DNA of 37,068 nt from Candidatus Caldarchaeum sp. (GCA_038844785.1 JAWBRA010000016.1:1-37068), one strand, 5' to 3'; numbered from the stretch's first letter, positions 1 to 9,445 are shown. The notes: generated by a model from the sequence alone, not told the origin. A program made the numbers and translations.

Positions 1-187
1 TTTGGAGATAGGAATAGGGTTGAGAGGTGGTTTAGGAAGCTTAAGGATAGGACCAAGAGATTCTACAACAACATAAACTCAAAGACAGTAAAGAGATTAG
101 AAGAGATAGCAGCAGCAATAGCCCTAACACACAACACACTCATAAAAACCAAGACAGAAGGAGGCGTATTACTTGGTTGACAGTACC
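1..187 (+). mobile_element. IS6-family insertion sequence, 3' end (transposase C-terminus + right inverted repeat), cut by the window edge
   Basis: Frame 1 reads FGDRNRVERWFRKLKDRTKRFYNNINSKTV...LLG* (stop 178-180), typical of an archaeal IS6 DDE C-terminus. 171-187 reverse-complements to GGTACTGTCAACCAAGT, an IS6-like terminal IR. Confidence 0.85.
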
Positions 188-238
188 AGAAGAAAGAAAC
201 ACAAACTATATAAATATTTTGAAGGCTGGAGAAAAGCA

Positions 239-547
239 ATGCAGTGGCGTGTGGTCGTGTTTGCTGCTGTGTGGTCAGGTCTTACAATAGCTTCGATGAC
301 GGCGGGCCAGCTGTATGAATGGCCCGATTTCGTCCACGTCAGGTATGGAATGCCTTTCGCTTATGCGGTACACACGTTGAGCACGATAGCTGGTCCCGCT
401 GACTTCTGGACTGTTGACATGGTTTCGTTGACAGCCGACCTAGTGTTGTGGCTGGCGGGCCTGGTTTGCGGCGTTGCACTCCTACTTAGCAGAGCCGAGA
501 AAAAGATTAATTCCAAGAATGAAAAGGGAGGTCGTGGCCGCGTTTGA
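239..547 (+). CDS. Small hypothetical membrane protein (2 TM)
   Basis: Two hydrophobic segments. ATG 239 is preferred over 173, which lies inside the IS end, and a TATAAATA box sits about 25-30 nt upstream. The stop overlaps the next start. Confidence 0.6.
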   Translation: MQWRVVVFAAVWSGLTIASMTAGQLYEWPDFVHVRYGMPFAYAVHTLSTIAGPADFWTVDMVSLTADLVLWLAGLVCGVALLLSRAEKKINSKNEKGGRGRV

Positions 548-1281
548 AGACAGAACAGGGCAGGATAATCGAGGTGCCTGAAGCCGTCTCAACCTTTGAC
601 GAAGCGAAAAACCTTGGAACAACAGACGAGGGAGTGGCTATCTTCACCCGTATCCAGAAAGCAGCGATAGGACGGCTGCAGCCCCTCAAATCAGGCTGCC
701 TATGGTTCACCTCCGTCGTATACCCACGTCAAAGCGCCACCACCTCACCCCTACTCATGCTGACAACAGCCCTGTCGGTTGTTGAAGGGATAGCGCGGAC
801 AACAGGCTTGCAGCCCCTTCTTAGATGGCCCAACGAAGTTTCATTACACGGCTACAGGGTTGCGGCGGTGTCAGTTGAGATGGATGTTGTAAACGACCTG
901 GTGGCAAGAGCATTTGCAGGCGGAGGTGTTTACTGCAACGTAAAATCCGAGGAAATCCCCGCCGGCTTCAGGAACGAAAACACATCAATATCTGCGGAGC
1001 TTGGGGCAGAGGTTGACGAGGTCAAGCTCTTAGAAAACATTCTAGAAAATTTCAGGAAAGAGTACGAGCTTTACAAAGCAGGGTGGCGGCTTGAGCTCAT
1101 AGAGAAAATAAGAGACGTCATGGAGTATATCAGAACCACGGTGAACATAACACTCTCCCACGGCACACAGCTGATAGGGTTTCTTGAGGATTTGGACGAG
1201 CTGGGAAGAATATCTTTCAGAGTAGATCAGGAGAGAATATTGCTTGCTCCGGCGGACGTGGAGAGCATGAGCGTTCTATAG
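544..1281 (+). CDS. Biotin-protein ligase (BirA/BPL)-like protein, divergent
   Basis: STxxxA start, Q..GR, LRWPNEV (cf. KWPND), G.G motif, and a C-terminal G...DLDELGRI SH3-like domain. Confidence 0.7.
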   Translation: MKTEQGRIIEVPEAVSTFDEAKNLGTTDEGVAIFTRIQKAAIGRLQPLKSGCLWFTSVVYPRQSATTSPLLMLTTALSVVEGIARTTGLQPLLRWPNEVSLHGYRVAAVSVEMDVVNDLVARAFAGGGVYCNVKSEEIPAGFRNENTSISAELGAEVDEVKLLENILENFRKEYELYKAGWRLELIEKIRDVMEYIRTTVNITLSHGTQLIGFLEDLDELGRISFRVDQERILLAPADVESMSVL

Positions 1282-1360
1282 CTCCTGCCAAACAACGTGT
1301 TATGCGGCGCATTCCTTATCTCAAGAAACGTTTTTCAACAAGCAGGATGATGGACAAGAC

Positions 1361-2074
1361 ATGGTTGAGCCGCAGCATTTGAAAACTAAGGATGTGGCTA
1401 AGAGAGTTGTGGCCGCAGGCGACCCAGCACGCGTCGTCCAGCTCTCGAAGATGCTTGACGAACCCCGCCTCGTCAACGAGAACAGAGGCTTCATAACATA
1501 CACGGGCTTTTACAAGGGCGAGCCAGTAACAATCATTTGCCACGGCGTTGGAGGCCCTTCATCAGCCGTGGTTTTTGAGGAGGTTATAATGCTTGGCGCC
1601 AAGCTGATTATCAGGTTCGGGTCCTGCGGAGCTTTCATCAAAGGGATGAAGAACGGTGAAATCGTTATACCTACCGCGGCCGCCTACATAGGTGGAACGC
1701 TACAGCAGTACATACCCGATGCCCACATAACGCCTGTGCCCAGCTACGATGTCTTGACCACGTTGATTAACGAGTTCAACAGCCATGGGCTCAGGACCTA
1801 TGTGGGCCCCGTCTTCTCCAGCGACGCATTTTACGCCGAAGACCCGGAGTTTGTCAGCAAATGGTCTAAAAGAGGATACATAGCGGTTGAGATGGAGTGT
1901 GCTACTTTGTTCGGGCTGGGGATGATGCGTAACGTTAAGACCGGGTCCGCGCTTCTCGTGAGCGACAACTTGGCTGAGATGACTCCGATGGTTGATGCAG
2001 AGTACTTGAAGCCGTTTGTGGAGAAGGCGGGGAAGGCTGTTTTGTCAGCTGCTGTAAAAATCCCCATCGAATGA
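1361..2074 (+). CDS. deoD: Purine nucleoside phosphorylase (DeoD/hexameric PNP-UDP family)
   Basis: GDPARV, HGVGGPS, IRFGSCGA, SSDAFY and AVEMECA motifs. Confidence 0.9.
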   Translation: MVEPQHLKTKDVAKRVVAAGDPARVVQLSKMLDEPRLVNENRGFITYTGFYKGEPVTIICHGVGGPSSAVVFEEVIMLGAKLIIRFGSCGAFIKGMKNGEIVIPTAAAYIGGTLQQYIPDAHITPVPSYDVLTTLINEFNSHGLRTYVGPVFSSDAFYAEDPEFVSKWSKRGYIAVEMECATLFGLGMMRNVKTGSALLVSDNLAEMTPMVDAEYLKPFVEKAGKAVLSAAVKIPIE

Positions 2075-2129
2075 GTTTAGCCATAGAGGGAATATTTATG
2101 TTGTCGCCGTGACGTGTCCATAGGAAGAA

Positions 2130-3146
2130 ATGCTTCTGAGGCTTGTTCAGACGTTATTGGCTCTGCTGCCGCCGGAGGCGGCTCATAATTTTGGGATGAG
2201 GCTTCTCAGGCTGATGCCGTATAGAATTGATTTAATGGATGAGAGGCTTTACGTGGATACTTGTTTTGGACGTTTAAAAAACCCTGTCGGTCTAGCGGCT
2301 GGCTTCGACAAAGCGGGCCAATGCGTCAATCATCTGGAGAAGCTTGGGTTTGGATACCTTGTAGTAGGAACCGTTACCAAGAACCCGCGGAAAGGGATGA
2401 AAAAGCCACGGATAGTCCGTCGAGGAAGCGAAAGAGGCCTTGTTAACGCGATGGGTTTTCCAAACCCTGGGCTGAAAAAGTTTGTCCAAAACCTCGCCGA
2501 GTCGGGCAAGGCTGGCATACCTGTCTTGGTAAGCGTAAGCGATGAAGACATGCAAAACCTTCTCGAATGCTACATGGAGGTCCAGCCCTTCGCCTCCGGT
2601 GTAGAGGTTAACGTCAGCTCCCCCAACACGCCTCAGCTACGCCATTATTTTCAACCTGAAAAATTTAAGCAGATGGTTGAACTCCTAGGCCAGCATAAGC
2701 GGAGACCAACCTATCTAAAGATACCGCCTTACACTAACAGCGAGGAGCGGGAGATTATCTACAGGGTCGTCAAGATCTGGCGAGACACAGGCTTCGAAGG
2801 CGTCACAGCCGTCAACGCACTGCTCGTTGACGAGCCTAGGGTCGCAGCCCGTAGAGGTGGTTTAAGCGGCAGGCCTTTATACCCTCACATGCTAAAATGC
2901 GTCAAAGAGGTTAGGAGTATGTGCGGCGAGGATTTTGAAATTCAAGCCGTAGGCGGAATCTTCACAGGCAAAGACGTGCTTGAAACGTTGATGGAGGGGG
3001 CGAACACCGTTCAAATCTACACAGCGCTCGCTTACAGAGGTGCCACAGCAGTTAGGGACATGCTTAAAGAGCTTTTACAAACCATGCAAGACGAAAACAT
3101 CCACTCTTTAAAAGAGCTTTGGAAAACCATTAAACAAACCCAGTAA
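2130..3146 (+). CDS. pyrD: Dihydroorotate dehydrogenase, class 2 (quinone)-like
   Basis: PEAAH, NPVGLAAGFDK, NAMGFPN, NVSSPNT (Ser base), GGLSG and VQIYTAL motifs. Confidence 0.92.
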   Translation: MLLRLVQTLLALLPPEAAHNFGMRLLRLMPYRIDLMDERLYVDTCFGRLKNPVGLAAGFDKAGQCVNHLEKLGFGYLVVGTVTKNPRKGMKKPRIVRRGSERGLVNAMGFPNPGLKKFVQNLAESGKAGIPVLVSVSDEDMQNLLECYMEVQPFASGVEVNVSSPNTPQLRHYFQPEKFKQMVELLGQHKRRPTYLKIPPYTNSEEREIIYRVVKIWRDTGFEGVTAVNALLVDEPRVAARRGGLSGRPLYPHMLKCVKEVRSMCGEDFEIQAVGGIFTGKDVLETLMEGANTVQIYTALAYRGATAVRDMLKELLQTMQDENIHSLKELWKTIKQTQ

Positions 3147-3228
3147 TAGGCCTTCCACTCTGTAGAACAGGGGTTTTGACTTGTTTCAAACACCATAGCC
3201 CTTTATATCACTGTTGGTTTGACCGGGT

Positions 3229-4053
3229 GTGCGCGCCCAACTGGCCGTTTCCAGCCTCATGGTTTTCGGCTTACTGTTGATAGGGATGGGGTTTGTCAGG
3301 CTCCCTTACGTATCCTCGTTCAGGGACACCGTAATAGTGCAGACATCCACTGAAAGGCCCACAGAGGTAGAGGAGCTTGCTACAACCGTTTTAACCACAT
3401 CATACACAACTGCTGCTGAGTTAGATGCGAAGATCACGACCTTAACGGTCGAAACAGTCACAAACTCTAGAACAGTAACCCAGACACTCATCAGCTTGGA
3501 GAATAAGACGCTGGAGCCTGATAAACCGCTTGTAACAGGGCCCTTCAAATTTAACTCTCCGTCAACCGTTGAGGTTGCATGGTCTTCTAACTCGGATGTG
3601 GAGTTGTACAGGGCGTCTGGCGACGGCTTGGACAGCTGGGTTTTTGTCGGGAGAGGCTTTACGGGTGTTACGAGGTTTGCTGTGGATGGAGGCACAACAG
3701 TTTACGTAGTTCTCAGGCCGGTCTCAACCAGTGGTTTGCTGACGGCGATGCAGCTTTCATCCACCAGCGTAGAGACCTTTGTCGAAGAAAGAACGCGAAC
3801 GACCATAACTGAGACAAAAACCACTCTGACAACACTAGCTTACACACTCAGCTCGAAGGTTTATACAACCTTGCTGAAGTCCACGAAGACGGATTTCTTC
3901 ACCGTAGCTGTGGAAACAACAGTTACTGAAACGCGTTACGCCGACCTATGGTTTATGACTTTTATGGGGTCTTTTCTGGTATTCGTCGGTTTGCTGCTGA
4001 CAATCCTGCTGCTGAGGACGTTGGCTAAGCCTGTTGAGAAAACAGCGGAATAA
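3229..4053 (+). CDS. Thr-rich surface/membrane protein with N- and C-terminal TM helices
   Basis: Hydrophobic N- and C-termini; two Thr/Ser-rich tracts flank a central beta-rich segment. Confidence 0.7.
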   Translation: MRAQLAVSSLMVFGLLLIGMGFVRLPYVSSFRDTVIVQTSTERPTEVEELATTVLTTSYTTAAELDAKITTLTVETVTNSRTVTQTLISLENKTLEPDKPLVTGPFKFNSPSTVEVAWSSNSDVELYRASGDGLDSWVFVGRGFTGVTRFAVDGGTTVYVVLRPVSTSGLLTAMQLSSTSVETFVEERTRTTITETKTTLTTLAYTLSSKVYTTLLKSTKTDFFTVAVETTVTETRYADLWFMTFMGSFLVFVGLLLTILLLRTLAKPVEKTAE

Positions 4054-4086
4054 CTAATAGAAGGCGATCAACATCTATGTTGAGGT

Positions 4087-5448
4087 ATGTTCGACAGAGT
4101 TGTCCAACAGATTGTAGAGTTTTCCCTGAGAGAAATAAGGTTGCGGGATGATGTTTTGAACGAGGTGAAGCGCAGGGTTTTGGATAGTTTTGGATGTTTC
4201 CTGGGCGCGTGGAACGAGGAGGCTTTAACATCTGCGAGAAAAGCTGCGTTGAAATATGCTGTGAGAAACCAGGGCTCCACGCTATGGGTAACGGGTGAAA
4301 AAACCACTCCAGAGTGGGCTTCTTTCGCCAACGCCGTGGGAGTCCGTGCCCTAGATTTTAACGACACCTATCTCTCGAAAGAGCCTTTGCATCCAAGCGA
4401 CATGATAGCAGCCATCCTAGCGGCTGCCGAAACCTCAGGTGCTGACGGCAGGGCTGTGGCTGAAGCTATTGCGGTAGGCTACGAGGTTGGATGCAGGCTC
4501 TGCGACGCCGTCACGTTGAGGAAAAAAGGATGGGACCATGTCAACTTCACGATGGTGGCGGCGGCTGCAGGCGTAGGCAGGGTGATGGGGTTGGATGCGG
4601 AGAAGCTGGGGAACGCTTTATCGCTTGCCGTGGTCCCACATGCTGCGATGCGTCAGACACGGGCAGGGGAACTGTCCATGTGGAAGGGAGCGGCGGCTGC
4701 AAACGCCTGCAGAAACGCTGTCTTCGCATGCATGCTCGCTGAAAACGGCATGACAGGTCCCTCCCAACCCTTCGAAGGAGAAATGGGTTTCTTCAAACAG
4801 GTCTCCGGGGAAGCCTTCAGCCTGGAAACCTTGCCTAAAGTTAGGGAGCCTGACATGATACTCAAAACCTACATAAAATACCATCCCGTAGAATACCATG
4901 CGATGACAGCCGTCGACGCAGCTTTGAAAGTTCTTGAGAAAGCTGGCTCGGCTCAAAACATTTCGAAGGTGAGGGTTGCCACGTTTGAGGCATCTTACAC
5001 GATCCTCGCAAAAGACCGTGAGAAATGGAGGCCTAGGACAAGGGAGACGGCGGACCACAGCCTGCCCTACATAGTTGCCGTGACACTTCTCGACGGCGGG
5101 GTTTGGCTGGACAGCTTCTCAGCCGACAGGGTGAAAAAAGATGACGTAGCCAGCTTCATCGACAGGATAGAGGTTGTGGAAGACACCTCCCTCACAGCCA
5201 GATACCCTGAAGAGCTTCCGAACAAGATAACAGCATGGCTGAAAGACGGCAGACAGGTTTCAGAAGAGGTCGCCATACCCCGTGGACATTACAAAAACCC
5301 GATGACAAACCAAGAGGTTGAGGCAAAGTTCAACAGGCTTGCTTCCGGCCTTCTCAGCGAAGAGCAAAGAAAAGAGGTTGTTAACATCGTGTGGGATCTT
5401 GAGAAGCTTGGCAGTGTTTCGGAGCTTGTGGAGGTGTTTGTGAAATGA
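4087..5448 (+). CDS. prpD: 2-methylcitrate dehydratase (MmgE/PrpD family)
   Basis: LDFNDTYL..EPLHPSD, RAGELSMWKG, KYHPVEYH, TADHSLPY and PRGH motifs. Confidence 0.92.
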   Translation: MFDRVVQQIVEFSLREIRLRDDVLNEVKRRVLDSFGCFLGAWNEEALTSARKAALKYAVRNQGSTLWVTGEKTTPEWASFANAVGVRALDFNDTYLSKEPLHPSDMIAAILAAAETSGADGRAVAEAIAVGYEVGCRLCDAVTLRKKGWDHVNFTMVAAAAGVGRVMGLDAEKLGNALSLAVVPHAAMRQTRAGELSMWKGAAAANACRNAVFACMLAENGMTGPSQPFEGEMGFFKQVSGEAFSLETLPKVREPDMILKTYIKYHPVEYHAMTAVDAALKVLEKAGSAQNISKVRVATFEASYTILAKDREKWRPRTRETADHSLPYIVAVTLLDGGVWLDSFSADRVKKDDVASFIDRIEVVEDTSLTARYPEELPNKITAWLKDGRQVSEEVAIPRGHYKNPMTNQEVEAKFNRLASGLLSEEQRKEVVNIVWDLEKLGSVSELVEVFVK

Positions 5449-6545
5449 GCCAGTACCCGTATGTTCCCGGGCTTGAAGGAGTGCCTGCAGTCGAATCAAC
5501 TATATGCACCATCGACGTCGAGAATAGGCGTATCATCATAAGGGGAAAGAGTCTTGAAAAGCTTGCACGCGAGCACAGCTTCGAAGAGATAGCCTACCTG
5601 CTTTTTTACGGGAAGATGCCCGACTCCGACGAGCTGAAAGAATTTTCAAAGAATTTAGCTCTAAACAGGAATGTTCCCAGCGAGGTTGTCTCAATACTGA
5701 AAAGCCTGCCGTCGAACGTTCATCCCATGGATGCTTTGCGCACAGGCGTGTCAGCTCTTTCGCCCTACGACCCTGATTTGGACGATAGCTCGGTAGAGGC
5801 TAACAGAAGGAAGGCCGTGAGGCTTCTTGCAAAGGTTGGGCTTCTGACGGGAAACATCGAGAACATTCTTTCGGGGAAGGGTTGGGTTCAGCCGCCTGAG
5901 GGCCTAGGCCAGTCAGACACAATCCTAACCCTCATCAAAGGCGGGAGAGTTGAAGACTGGATGTATAGAGCTTTTGAAACACTTTTCATACTTTACGTGG
6001 AGCATGAGCTTGCCGCGTCAACTTTTACAGCCCGTGTGATAGCTTCGACGTTGACCGACATGTACGGCGCGGTTGTTGGCGCTATATCTGCGTTGAAAGG
6101 GCCTTTACACGGAGGCGCAAACGAGAAAGCGACGGAGGTCTTTGAATACGACGTCGAGGGAGCCGTGAGATACGTCAGGGAGAAGCTTGCAAGAAAGGAG
6201 AGGATCATGGGTTTTGGACACAGGGTTTATAAACGTGGTATAGACCCGCGTGCAGAGCTTGTTAAAGAGCTTCTCGAGGAGGCCTGCAAACGCGTCGGTG
6301 ACGACAGGCTTTACCGTGTTGGAGACCATGTGGAGAGGCTGATGGCACATGAGAAAAACCTCTACCCAAACCTCGACTTCTACGCCGCTGCTTTATACAA
6401 GCTGATGGGAATACCTCCGCGCCTCTACACACCGATCTTCGTGGCTTCGAGAACGGCTGGATGGGCAGCCCACATAATAGAGCAGCAGGCTGACAACAGG
6501 CTGTTTAGGCCGAGAGCCATATACAAGGGTCCTGTGGAAGACTAG
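5445..6545 (+). CDS. prpC: Citrate/2-methylcitrate synthase
   Basis: GLEGV, EHELAASTF, GPLHGGANE, MGFGHRVYK and PNLDFY motifs; ATGA overlap with prpD suggests a methylcitrate role. Confidence 0.85.
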   Translation: MSQYPYVPGLEGVPAVESTICTIDVENRRIIIRGKSLEKLAREHSFEEIAYLLFYGKMPDSDELKEFSKNLALNRNVPSEVVSILKSLPSNVHPMDALRTGVSALSPYDPDLDDSSVEANRRKAVRLLAKVGLLTGNIENILSGKGWVQPPEGLGQSDTILTLIKGGRVEDWMYRAFETLFILYVEHELAASTFTARVIASTLTDMYGAVVGAISALKGPLHGGANEKATEVFEYDVEGAVRYVREKLARKERIMGFGHRVYKRGIDPRAELVKELLEEACKRVGDDRLYRVGDHVERLMAHEKNLYPNLDFYAAALYKLMGIPPRLYTPIFVASRTAGWAAHIIEQQADNRLFRPRAIYKGPVED

Positions 6546-7699
6546 CCGTCGGAGTCCGGCCAGCTCTCCCACATCCTAGCCGCCAGCTTACCCTCACGTG
6601 TGTAGAGAGAGATTTTGTCTACGGTTTTCTCCCTGGCCTCACTAAACCTCTCCAGAAATGTCTGGACCTTCTCGATCAAAATTTCTTTCAGCTCGCCTGT
6701 CAAGAGCTTGCCAGACACGTAGTCGTTTTTTATCTGCTCTATCCTCCTGTCGTCTTCCTCGAAGAAATAGTAGAGCCACTGGAACGCGACATCTACGTCC
6801 GGGTTTCCGCCCAGTTTTCTATGCAGCTCAACCGTCGGCTGCCCGCCCGAGTATGCTTGCCATATCTTTTTTCTCACGGCTTTAGGGTCGTCGGTGAGGA
6901 AGACTGCTGACTCGGGCTGTGAAGCGCTCATCTTCCCCGTCGGCCCCGTCAAAGGCATGAGGAAACGGCTGTGTATCGCCGCCGACTTGTAGAAGCCCAG
7001 CCCCTCAGCTATGTCCCGTTGAATCCTCCAGTAAGGGTCTTGGTCGATGGCTGCGGGAATCAAGCATCTCTTCCTCTCAAACATTGTGGGAACGATTTGG
7101 ATTGCTGGGAAGAAAGCCATGCCTATGTTGGTTTGGTCGTTGAACCCGAAAACCGCACGAACCCAGCTGAAGTTGATTTTACGCGCCACCTTTAGGACAA
7201 GGGGATACATCCTCCCCATGAACTGCGTGTTTCTGAAGATGAAGGTTCTGTCAGGGTCGAAACCCACTGCAGCGATGTTCAGCATGTTGTCGTAAGACCA
7301 GTATGCCGTGTCCTCCAGCGAAAGCCCCCTCGACTCCTCGAGAAACTTTTCATCATCCGTCAGCTGTATGTACAGGTTTGCTTGAAAACTGTCCTGAAGC
7401 CATTTCGTGAAGTAAAACGGTATGATGTGTCCTATGTGCATGGGGCCGCTGGGCCCTCTGCCTGTGTAGAGGAAGAAGCCTCTTCCAGACTCGTAGTCGT
7501 CGAGCACAAGGTTGAGGTCTCTATGGGAGAAGAAGACACGTCTTCTGAGCATGTGGTTGCTTCCGCCCGCATCCCTGACAAGCCTCTCCATCAAGCTGTC
7601 GGATATCAGCTCTGTCCCAAACTCCTGGACAAGCCTGTCGTAGTTGACAGCGCCCTCAACCTCCCAAGGAGTGACCCTAAAGCTGTTCGACCCGTTCAA
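6542..7699 (-). CDS. trpS: Tryptophan--tRNA ligase (archaeal/eukaryotic type)
   Basis: VTPWEV, YTGRGPS, HIGH, AIDQDPY and KMSAS motifs; GAGGTGA SD upstream of the TTG start. Confidence 0.96.
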   Translation of the reverse strand: MNGSNSFRVTPWEVEGAVNYDRLVQEFGTELISDSLMERLVRDAGGSNHMLRRRVFFSHRDLNLVLDDYESGRGFFLYTGRGPSGPMHIGHIIPFYFTKWLQDSFQANLYIQLTDDEKFLEESRGLSLEDTAYWSYDNMLNIAAVGFDPDRTFIFRNTQFMGRMYPLVLKVARKINFSWVRAVFGFNDQTNIGMAFFPAIQIVPTMFERKRCLIPAAIDQDPYWRIQRDIAEGLGFYKSAAIHSRFLMPLTGPTGKMSASQPESAVFLTDDPKAVRKKIWQAYSGGQPTVELHRKLGGNPDVDVAFQWLYYFFEEDDRRIEQIKNDYVSGKLLTGELKEILIEKVQTFLERFSEAREKTVDKISLYTREGKLAARMWESWPDSDG

Positions 7700-7848
7700 G
7701 AAGCAGTCACCTCGCTGGAAAGAGCTGTTGCGGGGTCAATGTTCAGAGCCAGGCCAAAAACAGCCACCCGATTCCCCGACCATCTCAAAAGCAAGGCTGA
7801 AAGGGGGGATAAAAAACTTTCAACAATCTCTGTCGACTAATCATAATA

Positions 7849-8136
7849 TTAGATTGTTGGTTTGTTTTTCTTTCTTCTTGGTTTTTTTCTTAATATTCTG
7901 TTGCAGTTAGGGCATTTATCCCTGTTTATAAACGTTTTACAGCACTTACTACAATACGATTCTCCCTTATCGTAGTTTGGCTGACGGCCTGAAGGAATAA
8001 ACGGCGATTCCTCATCTTCCTTATAGCTGAAACATGGTATTCCGTTTTCAAGCCAAACGGCTATTCTGACCTCTCTCCCGTCATGAGTCTCAAAGTGAAA
8101 CAACGGCTTATACATGTTCGGAATCCTCAATCTCAT
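7849..8136 (-). CDS. Small hypothetical Zn-ribbon protein with basic tail
   Basis: CSKC...CPNC followed by RILRKKPRRKKNK; ATGA overlap with the upstream ORF. Confidence 0.55.
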   Translation of the reverse strand: MRLRIPNMYKPLFHFETHDGREVRIAVWLENGIPCFSYKEDEESPFIPSGRQPNYDKGESYCSKCCKTFINRDKCPNCNRILRKKPRRKKNKPTI

Positions 8137-8438
8137 CCAGCCGTAACGTCATACCTACCCCTGAACTCCATACCTTTGACACAGCCTACGTAGTCTCCTT
8201 TATCGGGTATGTTTAACGACTGCCATACTGTTTTAGGCAGTTTAAGCCTCATAGAACCCGTCTCCTCACAAACAATCTTAGCCGTATGATACGTGGCTTT
8301 TGGAAGGAAAACGTCTAACGCAGGCTGGTGAGCCAAACAACCCACCAGCGTAAACCCTACCACTCCAAATGATATAAGCTTTAGAAAACACAGTTTCGAC
8401 TCTCGACAGCCTGAAAACGGGAAATTTTGCATTTTCAC
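8133..8438 (-). CDS. Hypothetical protein, possible AbrB/SpoVT-like DNA-binding domain in the C-terminal half; start uncertain
   Basis: GSMRLKLPKTVWQSLNIPDKGDYV resembles the AbrB consensus G.ITIPK.IR..LGI..GD.V. Confidence 0.4.
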   Translation of the reverse strand: MKMQNFPFSGCRESKLCFLKLISFGVVGFTLVGCLAHQPALDVFLPKATYHTAKIVCEETGSMRLKLPKTVWQSLNIPDKGDYVGCVKGMEFRGRYDVTAG

Positions 8439-8485
8439 GGGTTTTGGCCAGAAAAACCCGAAACTCAGCCTCTACAAGCCGTAAA

Positions 8486-9103
8486 GGGACTGTCAACTTA
8501 AGGTCTATGGCCTGGGCCTTCCCATTAGTTGTGGGTGATGCAGAGTTGGGGTAGGCCTAGGCCGTCTTATAGGTTTCTTTGGTGGTAGAAGTGTCTTTTT
8601 CCGTCTCAGGATGCCTCCGTGGGTGAGGGCTCTCGGCGTCAGGCTGTATGTGGAGGGGCTTAGCCTCAGGAGGGTAGCGGGGATATTATGCGAGCTAGGA
8701 TTCCAGGTAAGCCATGAGTCTGTTAGGGATTGGTTCCATAGGGCTGGTGAGGCCTTCTCACTTGTAGATAGGCGTAGGCGTTGGACAGTAATCCGTAATC
8801 TCGTCAGGAGAGCCTATGTATGGGCTGGAATAGCCGAGTGTATAAGGTTCCTTGAGGTGGTTAGGGATAGGTGGGCTAATAACCCTACAGTCTACACGGA
8901 TAGGGCTCCATGGTATGGATGGCCTATGAAGGTTCTGGGCTTTAGGAGGAGGGTGGAGACGTTCGGCAGGAGAAACACGATAGAGTCTTGGTTCAGCAAG
9001 CTCAAGAGAAGAATAAAACAGTTCAACACATGCTTCCCAACACATAGGCCGAAGGTCTCAGAAAAGTGGATAAAGTCATGGATAGCCTTAAGTTGACAGT
9101 CCC
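8486..9103 (+). mobile_element. IS6-family element, internally deleted
   Basis: Perfect 18-bp terminal IRs GGGACTGTCAACTTAAGG (8486-8503, and reverse complement 9086-9103) enclose a transposase ORF. Confidence 0.9.
8611..9096 (+). pseudogene. IS6-family transposase with internal deletions
   Basis: HTH (GLSLRRVA..VSHESVRDW), YTDRAPWY and RNTIESWFSKLKRR are present; the first catalytic VDET motif and the segment after VWA are missing. Confidence 0.8.
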
Positions 9104-9108
9104 CTCAA

Positions 9109-9345
9109 GGCAGTGTCAACCAAGTTATACGCTTCCTGTCCTAGTTTTGAGTAGTATGTTGTGTATGAAGACTGTCACTGTAGCTATCTCTTCTATGTTC
9201 CTGACCGTCTTTGAGTTTATGTTGTAGAATCTGCCGGTCCTGTCCTTGAGCTCCCTGAACCTCCTCCCAACACCATTGTCTCTTGGAAGTATTCTATTCC
9301 CAGCCTCCTCAAAGCCCATGGGTACCATAAGCCTTCTCAAAAGGA
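9109..9345 (-). mobile_element. Degenerate IS6-family 3' fragment related to the element at 1-187
   Basis: IR GGCAGTGTCAACCAAGT at 9109-9125 (2 mismatches to the IR at 171-187). The minus strand encodes WYPWALRRLGIEY, then frameshifts into RFRELKDRTGRFYNINSKTV. Confidence 0.8.
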
Positions 9346-9445
9346 CTGTAGTTCCTGAAGAGTGGGCCAAACTCATGCCAGCAAAGTTGCTGAATAACTT
9401 TTTATAGAGATGAGCTTGATGGCGTTTTAGCACCGGCGTTCAACG

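Noticed and set aside
9125-9433. 102-aa ORF as a real gene
   Set aside because: Chimeric reading of the frameshifted IS remnant and the topIB promoter region
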